A DNA stretch of 64,000 nucleotides from a bacterium. GTDB taxonomy: Bacteria; Zhuqueibacterota; Zhuqueibacteria; Residuimicrobiales; Krinioviventaceae. Position 1 is the stretch's first letter. Every line of letters begins with the position of its first letter. Shown here piece after piece: positions 47,097 to 57,019 of the stretch. Below the pieces are notes generated by a model. The model was not told the DNA's origin and did no database searches. It saw nothing but the letters and a program-made list of their open reading frames with translations. A program made the position numbers and the translations under genes. The stretch covers positions 64,001 to 128,000 of the forward strand of contig CAXXFV010000006.1 of NCBI GenBank assembly GCA_963674595.2, in the 5' to 3' direction.

Positions 47097-49520
47097 TTAA
47101 ATCCTTGGTTCATACATTTCTTTAGAAAACGACATACGGCAGCACAATCCATTTCCGTTGATGAACTTTATGTTGCCTTCCAGTTGATCTCTAACCAAAT
47201 CAATGACTGTTTGAAGTCCTAGATGAATATCTTTTTCAAAATCAAAATCTTTTGGTAATCCTATCCCGTTATCCGCAATTTCCAGCACGAGAACATTTTT
47301 TGTATTTATATGCATCGATATCTGAATTTTACCACGCCTTTTATCAGGGAAAGCATGTTTAATTGAGTTGGTCAACAATTCATTAATAACAAGCCCGATT
47401 GGAATGGCCGTATCTATCAAAACATCTGCGCCCTTTATGTTAATTTCTATTGTTAAATTTCTCATAATTTCTAAAAAGCATTGTTTTATTAATGAAACCA
47501 GACTCTTGATAAAGTCTTCCAAATTAATATGGGATAAATCTTTGGATTCGTATAGTTTTTGATGGACGAGCGACATACATTGAATTTTGTTCTCAATATC
47601 TGTAAATGCGCTTTCAAGTTCTTTGTTTTTAATCGTCCGTGATTTTAGACGAAGCATAGAGGAAATAATTTGCATGTTGTTTTTAGTTCGATGATAAAGT
47701 TCTCGAAGCAGTATTTCTTTTTCACTCAAGTTTTTTTTGATTTCTTCTTCTGCGCGTTTCCGTTCGGTGATATCCCGAAAAATACCTTGCAGAACCTTTC
47801 TGCCGCCAATTTCCAGTGCTGTTGCGCTGATTCGAACCGGAATAACCTGACCGGACTGGCCAATTACCACTGATTCGATGTCAGAGACCTGACCGATATT
47901 AACATGGTTGATAAATTTGTCTGTATATTGATCTGTATCAGGGTGTAAAATGATACGGTTTTTTCCTTTAATCTCACTCCGGGGCAAACCCAATAGTTTT
48001 TCGGCCATCTTGTTTGCATCAATAATAATCTCAGTTTCAACGTCGGCAATAAAGATGGCATCTCCGGCGTTTTCAAATAGAGCACGATATTTTTCCTCGT
48101 TATCACGTAACGCTTGTTCGATTTTGTTTCGTTCCGTAATATCTCTCATTATACCTACACTAAAAATTTCTTCATTATGCTTATATGTAGAAACTCGCAC
48201 ATCCATGTCAAAAACAGTACCATCTTTTGTTAAACCCTTTGTTTCATAAAGTGTCGGTGTCGGTTTTCCCATGGAACGGTTAATCGCAAGGCTACGAATC
48301 CATGCTCGTTCCGACGGTGCGATTTGGTCAATAAGAGGGCTCCCGATCAATTCCGAATCGTCACGAAAACCAAACAATTTCAGGTAAGCTTGATTGACCA
48401 TATAGGTTCTACCTGATTTGCTTACACCTATGGCATAACCGGCTTCATCAAACAACGCACGAAGTTTTGTTTCGTTCTCTTTTAATCTGTCTTCATTGTG
48501 TTTAAAATCTGTTATATCTACATTTGTACCAATTATACGGACAGGCTCGCCATTATTGTCCAAAAATGTACGGGAAACTGCTTTTATAAAACGGATTGAA
48601 CCATCGGGAAGGATAACGCGGAATTCCGGTGCATATTCTTTTTCGCCCCGAAGAGCTGCCTGGATTTCACCCTTTATTCTCGTTTTATCTTCAGGATGAA
48701 GAATATCTAACCATGCCTTGTAGGCAACTTTAGAATCTTTTTGACTGATACCATATAGACGATACATACTTTCGTCCCAGATCAAGTGGTTGTTGTTGAT
48801 ATTCCAATCCCAGATGCCGATATTGCTTGCAGCGGTGGCTAGCTTCAGGCGTTCGATCGTTTTATCTAGTTCCTGAGTCCGTTTTTTGACCCTTGACTCC
48901 AGAGTTTTGTTAATCCTCTCAAGTTCTTTTTCAACACGTTTTCGTTTTTCAATTTCAAATAGCAGCTTTAACTGGTCTTCGATAATTGTTTTGAAAGACC
49001 AGAGCAGATCTTTGTATACAGGATTATCCTTTTGGGACCGAATCGGTTTTGAATCCAAAACGCAGATCGTACCAAAAGTTTCACCGGTCGGCCAATGGAG
49101 TGGAATGCCCAGATATGAAATCATGTTAAGAGGGACATCTGGATTGTTTTTCCATTTTTCATGTTGAAGTGCGTCATCCACATAAAGCATACTGTCTTCA
49201 TTCATAACTGTTTCACAATAAAGCTTGCCGTGCAGGTGTTCCGAAGCGCCTACTTTGTAGGGGTTACCTTTTGTTTCACTGCTTACAAGGACTTCGATTT
49301 GCTTTTGGCTCACCTTCATTATAAGACCAGCCGGGACCTGGAATATGTCTGCCAAAGAATTGACTATATTCTGCCACTTTTGGACAGTATCATCCGGTAC
49401 TATCCTTTCCAGAACATTGAATTTAATTTTATACCCATCCATTGTTCTTTTTCCCTCGTATACATTTATCAGATACTTTAACGTTACTGTTTTATCCGGA
49501 TAGTTTAGGTAATTAAACAA
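47097..49520 (-). CDS. Cytoplasmic GAF-PAS-PAS-PAS histidine kinase (HisKA_2 type)
   Basis: GAF (SYLGIPL...GTICVLD), three PAS/PAC repeats ending DITD/DITE, ELYHRTKNNMQ, NELLTNSIKHAF, DNGIG. The true start may be the later Met (MDGYK). Confidence 0.9.
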   Translation of the reverse strand: MFNYLNYPDKTVTLKYLINVYEGKRTMDGYKIKFNVLERIVPDDTVQKWQNIVNSLADIFQVPAGLIMKVSQKQIEVLVSSETKGNPYKVGASEHLHGKLYCETVMNEDSMLYVDDALQHEKWKNNPDVPLNMISYLGIPLHWPTGETFGTICVLDSKPIRSQKDNPVYKDLLWSFKTIIEDQLKLLFEIEKRKRVEKELERINKTLESRVKKRTQELDKTIERLKLATAASNIGIWDWNINNNHLIWDESMYRLYGISQKDSKVAYKAWLDILHPEDKTRIKGEIQAALRGEKEYAPEFRVILPDGSIRFIKAVSRTFLDNNGEPVRIIGTNVDITDFKHNEDRLKENETKLRALFDEAGYAIGVSKSGRTYMVNQAYLKLFGFRDDSELIGSPLIDQIAPSERAWIRSLAINRSMGKPTPTLYETKGLTKDGTVFDMDVRVSTYKHNEEIFSVGIMRDITERNKIEQALRDNEEKYRALFENAGDAIFIADVETEIIIDANKMAEKLLGLPRSEIKGKNRIILHPDTDQYTDKFINHVNIGQVSDIESVVIGQSGQVIPVRISATALEIGGRKVLQGIFRDITERKRAEEEIKKNLSEKEILLRELYHRTKNNMQIISSMLRLKSRTIKNKELESAFTDIENKIQCMSLVHQKLYESKDLSHINLEDFIKSLVSLIKQCFLEIMRNLTIEINIKGADVLIDTAIPIGLVINELLTNSIKHAFPDKRRGKIQISMHINTKNVLVLEIADNGIGLPKDFDFEKDIHLGLQTVIDLVRDQLEGNIKFINGNGLCCRMSFSKEMYEPRI

Positions 49521-49749
49521 GATAATTATGGTATAGCTGTTTGGATATGCGTGTAATGCATCAGGAGAACTAGTCCAAACAGCACCGTTATATTAACTTG
49601 TATCTATGGATATTATCTCCATTCTTTTAAACTAAGAAGATAAATATTTTATCTGGATCCGATTTTACAAAAAGTATCCAGAGTGTAAAGTGTTAAACTT
49701 CAGTTTAGTGATTTTTTTAGATCTAATAATTTTGTCGGCAGGACAACAG

Positions 49750-49940
49750 GAATATGATTTTAAATCCGACACAATCTCTTCCTTGCTTGACCAGTAAACC
49801 CGTGATTATAAATAATAAATCGTTAAGGTCGCTCCATTAACACCCTTGAACGCCCAATTCTACTGAAAAACAAACCTTTACGATTGATATACATATTATA
49901 CAAATTAAATAATACCAGCGCAAGGGGTTTTTGGGAAAAT
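49750..49940 (-). repeat. Promoter/leader repeat family 1, copy 3 (more diverged)
   Basis: TTGCGC(49918-23)-N17-TATAAT(49895-900); shares CTGAAAAACAAAC and GACACAATCTCTTCCT with copy 1. Confidence 0.75.
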
Positions 49941-49962
49941 TCACTAATAAATTGAAGAATCA

Positions 49963-49993
49963 TTCATACAGGGATTTACAATCCCTGTATGAA
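49963..49993. terminator. Strong hairpin downstream of the sialidase-like gene
   Basis: TTCATACAGGGATT-TAC-AATCCCTGTATGAA, perfect 14-bp stem; weak U-tract. Confidence 0.55.
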
Positions 49994-50021
49994 CATTAAT
50001 TATTATGATATTTTGAAATCA

Positions 50022-51089
50022 TTAAAACTCGGGTGGGTTGCCGATAATGGCATATTCATCGAACACGCTATGCATAATGGTGGTCCTGTTATTGGTTGTG
50101 TAAACAATATGTATTTTGCCGTCGCTTGTTTGAATGGCATAGGGATAGGCAAAGGTATTGTCGCCGCCGGCAATATTTCGTTGATAGGGGTAGCTTTTAT
50201 CGCCGTCCACTGAAACCGCCACGGTCAGCGGTGTGCGATCATTCATATTGTTATTATAAACAAGCAGCAAATGGCCGTTGTGCAGTTTGATAAAATCGAC
50301 AGCGGAGTTGGGATTAGGGAATTTGGTCTCTACTGCATCCGTCCAGGTATAGCCGCCGTCACGGGACTCGGAACGCAGCGTGTATCCGTGGTCGGTCGGT
50401 AAAAAATCACCGCCACGACGGATATAGGCAACGAGGTAATCATCCGAAAGCTGGACCACCTGGGCCTGAAGGTTGCCCATTAATGACTTGATTCGGTTGG
50501 TTTCCGTCCATTTTTTGGTTTTGGGATTATAATGCATAAAATAAGAACTGGTTGTTGCCGCCGTCATCTCACGGTCTTGTCCGCTTTCATAGTACATGGG
50601 CAGGAGATAATCGCCATTGTTCAGCACGATTGGCTGTCCCCGCACCATGGTGCCCTCTTGAAAATTGAGCATAAAAGAGTCTGACCAGGTTTGTGCACCG
50701 TCATCGGAAATTTTGACTTTGACGCGGGCGTTGGACCAGGTGTCTCCATAACGATTCACATAAAACAGCCACACACGGCCATCCGGGGCCTGCCACACCA
50801 CGGGATTGCCTTCGCCGCGGTCCGGTGTGTTGGCGATGACAACCGGTTCTGACCATTGCACCTCACCGGTTTTAAGACGGGCGCCGTAAACAGCCGTGTC
50901 GTCGCCGTATTCACCGGAACCGCCATAGTATGCGAGATAAAGGTCCCCATTAGCGAGCTGGGTAATAGATGCCGGGTGTTTGTATTGCCCGGGATGCTCC
51001 GGCCCAAAAACACGATAGGTCTCAATGTTATAACTTTGAGCAAATGCCAAAACACTGAACTGCAGGAAAAAGACAAGGAAATATTTCAT
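50022..51089 (-). CDS. BNR/Asp-box beta-propeller, exo-alpha-sialidase-like
   Basis: Signal peptide; Asp boxes SDDGAQTW, SRDGGYTW, SVDGDKSY; PNPNSA, RTPL, YP motifs. Confidence 0.85.
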   Translation of the reverse strand: MKYFLVFFLQFSVLAFAQSYNIETYRVFGPEHPGQYKHPASITQLANGDLYLAYYGGSGEYGDDTAVYGARLKTGEVQWSEPVVIANTPDRGEGNPVVWQAPDGRVWLFYVNRYGDTWSNARVKVKISDDGAQTWSDSFMLNFQEGTMVRGQPIVLNNGDYLLPMYYESGQDREMTAATTSSYFMHYNPKTKKWTETNRIKSLMGNLQAQVVQLSDDYLVAYIRRGGDFLPTDHGYTLRSESRDGGYTWTDAVETKFPNPNSAVDFIKLHNGHLLLVYNNNMNDRTPLTVAVSVDGDKSYPYQRNIAGGDNTFAYPYAIQTSDGKIHIVYTTNNRTTIMHSVFDEYAIIGNPPEF

Positions 51090-51238
51090 GGTCAGTTTCT
51101 CCGTTTTAGGGAATTGTTTTATTCTGTTTGAGGCTGTGCGGGATTATTTTCAATTAAAAAATTGTGTTATAATCTTTAGAATAATTAACAGAAGGGAGGT
51201 GCTGAATTATTTCAGGTTTTGGTGAGGGTTGTTGGTTG
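51055..51238. repeat. Direct repeat family 2, copy 1 (upstream region + first codons of the sialidase-like gene)
   Basis: Aligns over ~185 bp with 55374-55556. Confidence 0.9.
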
Positions 51239-51518
51239 CAGATGTCAGGCTTTTGTTTTGTAAAAATAAAAAACAGGTTTTAATTGAAAGACAGGCTGTT
51301 GGCTCATCAACAAATTTAGTACCATTAACCATGTCTGTAGAGTATGAATGAAGAGTTCTTTAGGGTGATTTTTTGCCGGATTCCTGCTGGGAACCCGGCA
51401 TTCAGTTCAAACCTGTTAGACCATATCAGAATACATGACAGTCATTTAAAGAGAATTTGAGACTCTGAGCGATTACAGGTGTTTTTATTCTAAAGTAACC
51501 ACAGTAGTTAAAGCTCTT

Positions 51519-52040
51519 TTACTTGCCCTGTTCGTCTACCCATGATTCATGGGAATGTATAATCTGCCAGTCCTCCGAACTATTTTTCCAGATCATAGTA
51601 AAAACATGCTTGTATTGAGCCGTTTCACCACTTTTTAACTTCATATCAACCTGCTCTTGACTGGTGAGTAGTGCCGTGTCCGCTCCAAGCGGGACGACTT
51701 GTACATCACGCAATTCCAAGTGCTGGCTTTCTCTCATGGCAAAGTTGGATGTGATCGCCTGTATCCAGTCATTTCGTTGGGCAAAAAAGACTGCCCCTGC
51801 GACGCTGGACGCAAACTCGTCTTTGCTGTAAAACTTTTCCCAGGCGGCGACATCATTTTTATTGATTGCGGCAATAAGCTGAGTGAACCTATCAGTTATT
51901 TTTTTTACGATGTCCGTTTTATCAAGGTCGGTAGATGTTTTCATGATAATCTCCTTTCCTGTGTTCTGGGGCGTTTCAGCATACACGGAAAGCCCGCAAA
52001 CCACTGTTGTTATTAAAGTCATCAGCATTATCTTTTTCAT
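51519..52040 (-). CDS. SnoaL/NTF2-like (DUF4440) secreted protein
   Basis: Start moved to ATG 52040 (AAGGAG RBS, MKKIMLM signal peptide); C-terminal FTMIWKNSSEDWQIIHSHES. Confidence 0.8.
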   Translation of the reverse strand: MKKIMLMTLITTVVCGLSVYAETPQNTGKEIIMKTSTDLDKTDIVKKITDRFTQLIAAINKNDVAAWEKFYSKDEFASSVAGAVFFAQRNDWIQAITSNFAMRESQHLELRDVQVVPLGADTALLTSQEQVDMKLKSGETAQYKHVFTMIWKNSSEDWQIIHSHESWVDEQGK

Positions 52041-52405
52041 AACATTAACTCCTTTCTCATCAACAGTACGTCTGTGATTTTTTTGTTTTAATGGTACATC
52101 TTTACAAGGTGATACGGGATTGTCTCTCGGGAGAACCATCAAACCGTTTAATTCTTTACCAACTGTACATCTCAAATATCATTATTTTTAAGTAATATAG
52201 ATACTACCAAAACGAGCTGTTTATAAATAAATTGAATTTAATTGTCCTTCTGATCAGTCATTCATGTCGTCGGTTTCAAGCGTGTTAAAGCGAGTATTCA
52301 GCTCGACAGTCACAAAGTATGCCAGTAGCCATTCTCGCCGTATGATTTTATTTGATGCCGCCAGGTCCGAAAGAAAGAGTGTCCGCTGGAGAGATGTATT
52401 CGCCG

Positions 52406-53524
52406 TTATTTTATATAAAGCACTTTTTGTACCTGGTTTGTTTCACTGGTTTGCAAATGTATTAAATAGAGGCCGGCCGAGACCTCGTTTCCTTCATTAT
52501 CGCGGCCATTCCAAGAAAGCCCATAATTCCCTGCATTTTGCACACCGCCGGCCAGGGTCTTGACCTTCCGCCCAAGAATGTCAAAAACAGCTATCTCTGC
52601 ATATGCGGTTTTATGTAAATTATAACTAATGTTTGTTTGCGGATTAAACGGATTTGGATAGGCTTGCTCCAGGTGTGTTGTGGCTGGCATTACATCTTGA
52701 TTCATCTCCAAAGACAAAGAAGATAAAACCGTCACTTTTCCATCCATACTAACATCTGAAAGGCGATAAGAATACAATTGGTTCATGGTCACATTTACAT
52801 CGGAAAAAGAATACTTTTTCCTTGTTGAAGCTGAACCTCTTCCCTTTAAATCCTTGCATGTTTCATACGAAGCAATGGTCACCCAATCCGAATGGCTGTT
52901 ACATCGTTCCAGGATAAAACCCAGGTTATTGGTTTCACTTTCCGTGATCCATTCCAAAGAGATAGCCAGATTTTCAATAAAAGCATTAAATGAAGTCAGG
53001 CTAACAGGCAGCGAAGCATCGTTAAAGGTTATTGTATCAAATCCAAATCCAGATAATGACTCATATTTGGTTACAGTGAATGATGTCACACCTGTCCAGT
53101 TCAGTGTCACGGTTTTGCCTTCCCCTGCATCAAAATTATCGTATACAATTGAATTTGATCCTCCCGTAGGCGTATAAACCCATAGTAGTGAGCCACCCGA
53201 AAAATAGCCTTCAACCGCATAAATTGTAGAAATGTCGACTGCATCGCTAAAAGTAAATGTTATTTCCAAAACATTATATGAAGCCGCAACAATAATTCCA
53301 CTGGATCCCTTAGCTCCGCCTGCATTCATTATGCCAATACCGCCTTCACCTTCTGTGGGTTCACCTGACACAGTAACTGTAATAAGATCAACTGTTTCTT
53401 GAACAGTTTCACCAACCATTTCTGCTGTTTCCCACGTAAAATAACTTTGGGCATTCAAATTTTGTACAGCACTCTGGGTAATGACAGAACATAAAACCAG
53501 TAAAATTTTAACAGTCTTTTGCAC
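52406..53524 (-). CDS. Secreted protein with LPVxLxxF Ig-like module and FlgD/secretion CTD
   Basis: Signal peptide; SLPVSLTSF...WITESETNNLGF; AYPNPFNPQT...GLYLIHL. Confidence 0.85.
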   Translation of the reverse strand: MQKTVKILLVLCSVITQSAVQNLNAQSYFTWETAEMVGETVQETVDLITVTVSGEPTEGEGGIGIMNAGGAKGSSGIIVAASYNVLEITFTFSDAVDISTIYAVEGYFSGGSLLWVYTPTGGSNSIVYDNFDAGEGKTVTLNWTGVTSFTVTKYESLSGFGFDTITFNDASLPVSLTSFNAFIENLAISLEWITESETNNLGFILERCNSHSDWVTIASYETCKDLKGRGSASTRKKYSFSDVNVTMNQLYSYRLSDVSMDGKVTVLSSLSLEMNQDVMPATTHLEQAYPNPFNPQTNISYNLHKTAYAEIAVFDILGRKVKTLAGGVQNAGNYGLSWNGRDNEGNEVSAGLYLIHLQTSETNQVQKVLYIK

Positions 53525-53899
53525 AGATTTCTCCTTCTCCTTGTTGAGCAGGATTAATTTATTATGATGAGATTGGCTATAGCTTGCCGTTAATTGATAG
53601 TATGGTGCTCTGAAGGGTGAAGTGACATATATTCCCGATTCCGGCTTTGAGAATTTATTCGAGATTGATCAGTATTATTTTGATAATGGTTTGCTAAATG
53701 AATCAGGTAAAGAACATTTTTGATAGATTTTTGTGTCGCCATTTTCCTGTCATTTTATAATTTATCATATCATTCATTGACAGATAGTCGGATGCGCCTG
53801 CATAACGTTTTCGTATGACTTGCCGGCTCTATTGCTTAAGTTTGATTAGCATGAGGTTGATAAATGTAAAAAATAAAGGGATAAATAAAAAATTATGGT

Positions 53900-53923
53900 T
53901 GTCTCATTTTTAAAAATGGAACA
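53900..53923. promoter_or_regulatory. Near-perfect 24-bp palindrome between the AraC gene and the downstream gene; candidate operator
   Basis: TGTCTCATTTTT/AAAAATGGAACA (20/24 positions symmetric). Confidence 0.4.
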
Positions 53924-53930
53924 TTTTGAT

Positions 53931-55139
53931 CTACAATAGGGTGTGTTTTGTCATATAGTTGCGTGGAGAGATACCTTCGAATTTTTTAAAGGCGTTATAA
54001 AAAGTGCTGCGGCTGGAAAAACCTGAGGACTTGCCAATCCCCTCGAGAGAGAGTTCAGATCCTTTACCGATGGCAATCATTTTTTTTGCATGTTCAATCC
54101 GCCATTGATTGCGGTAATCATTAAAGGATTGTTTTTTTATGTACCTGAAATAGTAGGACAAGTGGTGCGTTGGTATATTACAAATTTTTGATAAAAGGTT
54201 CAGATTGCAGTCCGGCTGCAGGTAGGATTTATGTGTTTCCATACAGGATTCGGCATTCTGTCCTATCCGGTTCAGATAATCGGATTCAAATGCCGGACTT
54301 TTATTTTCATCAACCGGACTAGACGCCAAAGCCTCAGTACTGACACTGACGGTATGCAATGGCTCTGCGGTGACAGGATATCGTGGCAGACCGTAGAGTA
54401 CAGCCGGAAAAAAAAAGGGTGAGATCAATAATCCTGCCAGTCCGATTCCTGATAACAATTGCAGGAGGTTGAGACTGTAAAAAAGAACAGTATTTTTAAT
54501 GATAAAGCTTTGCGCAAGATGCAGGGTATGGCAAATAGTCAGGATGAATATAAATCCCAGCAAAAGTGTAAGCCATTTGATCATGAAACGCTGACAGGAC
54601 AATATGGTGGAAGAATTTTTTCGGTTCAAGTTTTTGCTCAATAATACAACAGCCCCAACAGTATACGCTAAAACCAGTACAGGCCGGCTCAGGTATATAA
54701 TTGGTTTGGGAATGGCATGAAATAAAAAATAGGAATCAAAAAGTTTCACGAATTGCCTGCTTTCAATTAATCGATAAGCTATTTCTTTTTTGAATGCCCA
54801 TGGCGTGAGCATATAGGAAAGTGTTCCGATAAAAAATATCATCATGGGGAGCAGATGCAGCAGGTCGCTTTTTTTCAAACGAAGTGAATCCGTTAACAGA
54901 CTGCGTACATACAGAAACAAAACCGGACCGATCAAATAGGTCAGAAAACCGACATTGATGAAAACAATGCTGACAAGCCATATTGATTTTGAATAGAAAA
55001 CGGCATATTCTATCAGAGCATAAAGACCCACCAGAAAAAAGAAAGCACCCAGAAAGATAGAAAAATAGGATTTCCGTGCATTGAAAGAGACAAGAATGAC
55101 AGACAGGATGATTCCAAGTAGTGAAAATGATAACAGCAT
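53931..55139 (-). CDS. Membrane-anchored AraC-family transcriptional regulator
   Basis: About 7 hydrophobic segments, then HHLSY...SFNDYRNQWRIEHAK...SLEGIGKSSGFSSRSTFYNAFKKFEGISP. Confidence 0.9.
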   Translation of the reverse strand: MLLSFSLLGIILSVILVSFNARKSYFSIFLGAFFFLVGLYALIEYAVFYSKSIWLVSIVFINVGFLTYLIGPVLFLYVRSLLTDSLRLKKSDLLHLLPMMIFFIGTLSYMLTPWAFKKEIAYRLIESRQFVKLFDSYFLFHAIPKPIIYLSRPVLVLAYTVGAVVLLSKNLNRKNSSTILSCQRFMIKWLTLLLGFIFILTICHTLHLAQSFIIKNTVLFYSLNLLQLLSGIGLAGLLISPFFFPAVLYGLPRYPVTAEPLHTVSVSTEALASSPVDENKSPAFESDYLNRIGQNAESCMETHKSYLQPDCNLNLLSKICNIPTHHLSYYFRYIKKQSFNDYRNQWRIEHAKKMIAIGKGSELSLEGIGKSSGFSSRSTFYNAFKKFEGISPRNYMTKHTLL

Positions 55140-55373
55140 ATATATTTACAAGTGTTAATGCATTTGAAAATTTATCGAGAATTTGACAAATACAGATTAG
55201 TAAAACTTTCTTTTAAAAGCAAGAGACAATATTATTATAAAAAAGACAGGCATTTAGCAACCTGTTCTATTCTTATTCACTTTACCCATTAAAGAATCAA
55301 CGAAAAAATATATTTTCTTACAAGTTTTTCAGTGTTGATAATGGAGCGGCTCGGTATAATCGGCACCCTGCAT

Positions 55374-55556
55374 CTGAATTATAGGAAAAAGACAAGGATA
55401 TATTTCATAGTCAGTTTCTCCGTTTTAAGGGAATTATTATATTCTGTTTGAGGCTGTGTGGGATTATTTTCAATTAAAAGATTGTGTTAATAACTTTTAA
55501 AATTAATAAAAAGGCGGTGCTGAATTATTTCAAGTTTTGGTGTGGTTGGTTGGTTG
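55374..55556. repeat. Direct repeat family 2, copy 2, with a truncated gene start (MKYILVFFL-stop)
   Basis: Copy of 51055-51238; the CAG codon of the sialidase-like gene is TAA here. Confidence 0.9.
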
Positions 55557-55562
55557 TTAAAA

Positions 55563-56561
55563 CTAGAATTTTTGTTTAGATAACTTTTCAAGCTCAGCGA
55601 GTATACAATAAAACTTAAATTCACCAAGTGACAAGTCTTCAATGCAGATATTTTTTTTGGGTTTATACCAGCTCTTGTTCAAATATTCATTTAACAATTT
55701 TTCATTTTGAAAAATGTAACCTTTGCGTGCAAGTATTTCATTTTTCATATCATAAAGTTGTTCTTTAGTTTGTTTTTGACACTTTAATAAGGATGTAATG
55801 TATTCCTTGAACTTGTCAATATATGCTGAATTATAATCTATAAATGAAATGGATAACATTTCATCTTTTTTCGGCAGGTAATTCTGAAATGAGTATATGG
55901 TCGTATTTTCATTGTATTGTACATTAATACCCGGACGTGAAATTTTTTGAAAAAAACGTCTGCTATCCCAGTCAGGAGATAATTCATAATAACATTTGGT
56001 TACAAAATTTGTGGATAAATAGTTTGTGTGATCAAATATAATTTTGCCGTAACCAATAGAATCTGCCCACGTATTTCCTGTTCCAATTAAATAGGTAAAA
56101 TATAGTGTCGGTGAAAATCCATCCTCACCCCAATAACCGGTATAACCCACTTCAACTATTGTTGTGTCATTCGCCGCAAAGTCCATTTCCCAGTAGTACC
56201 AGGGTCTTTTAAAAGTACGAGATACTATCTTTTTTTTTATTGTTTTTGTCTTGACCTTAATCTTTTGACTATTAACTTTGCACCAAAAGTTACTGATCTC
56301 AAGACTAGAATTTAGCCCACAATTACTGTCTGCGGGAAAACCAACTTTTTCTCTGGATTTTTTGTCGTTGTTATACATCCAAAATTTGGCATACACATTT
56401 ATTTCATTTTCTTTTAATGTGATATATACATATTCTCGGCTCATACTAATATTAGTATTTTTGGTCGGATATATGTTGCCCTGCCTGGAATCTAAATTAC
56501 CAATATCGCCGTAAGCTGTCTTAAAAATCAGGAAAATTGTTAAAATGAAATATGGTTTCAA
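55563..56561 (-). CDS. Secreted DUF4424-like protein with C-terminal YARHG-like domain
   Basis: ISMSREYV, VGFP, YLIGTGNTWADSIG; C-terminal MKNEILARKGYIFQ...SWYKP. Confidence 0.7.
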   Translation of the reverse strand: MKPYFILTIFLIFKTAYGDIGNLDSRQGNIYPTKNTNISMSREYVYITLKENEINVYAKFWMYNNDKKSREKVGFPADSNCGLNSSLEISNFWCKVNSQKIKVKTKTIKKKIVSRTFKRPWYYWEMDFAANDTTIVEVGYTGYWGEDGFSPTLYFTYLIGTGNTWADSIGYGKIIFDHTNYLSTNFVTKCYYELSPDWDSRRFFQKISRPGINVQYNENTTIYSFQNYLPKKDEMLSISFIDYNSAYIDKFKEYITSLLKCQKQTKEQLYDMKNEILARKGYIFQNEKLLNEYLNKSWYKPKKNICIEDLSLGEFKFYCILAELEKLSKQKF

Positions 56562-56656
56562 AATACTTTCATGTGGTTGATTGGATAATTAGTCGGATAA
56601 TCCATCGATCTAAATTATTTCAAGTTCTTTTTGAAACCTGGATTATACAATTCTTA

Positions 56657-57019
56657 CTACTTGAAAATATATTCCACTTCTGTTGCATTATATTTTCTAA
56701 ATAGACTAATAATATTTACTACATAAAATACATCAGAATTGTTATCTACTTTGAATTTAATTTTTTTTCCATGAAAAATATCAGATAATTCTTCTAATTC
56801 TCTTTCCGTACCATTTAAAAATATATTGTTATTTTTAAGCTCCAGATAAATATCAGGGGCACTTGTTCTAATATTTTTATAAGGAAAATTAAGCCCTAAC
56901 TGATACGGTTTTATCTTCATATCAATTTCAGGCCGTGCAATGAAAAATAGTGTTAGATGTTTTTGATGTTTTTCCGAAATTTTATAAGTTGGACCAATAA
57001 TATTCCATAAATTTTTCAC
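56657..57019 (-). CDS. Hypothetical protein
   Basis: 120 aa; GTGA overlap with the upstream ORF; very AT-rich. Confidence 0.55.
   Translation of the reverse strand: MKNLWNIIGPTYKISEKHQKHLTLFFIARPEIDMKIKPYQLGLNFPYKNIRTSAPDIYLELKNNNIFLNGTERELEELSDIFHGKKIKFKVDNNSDVFYVVNIISLFRKYNATEVEYIFK

Noticed and set aside
51375-51400. GC-rich hairpin TGCCGGATTCC...GGAACCCGGCA as terminator of the SnoaL-like gene
   Set aside because: On the minus strand it is followed by an A-run rather than a U-tract; single copy, function unsupported.
52041-52175. N-terminal 45-aa extension of ORF 51519-52175
   Set aside because: A strong RBS and signal peptide begin at ATG 52040, so the extension is probably untranslated.
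53800-53850. GCATAACGTTTTCGTATG as another attC remnant
   Set aside because: Opposite orientation to the flanking genes and no complementary arm.
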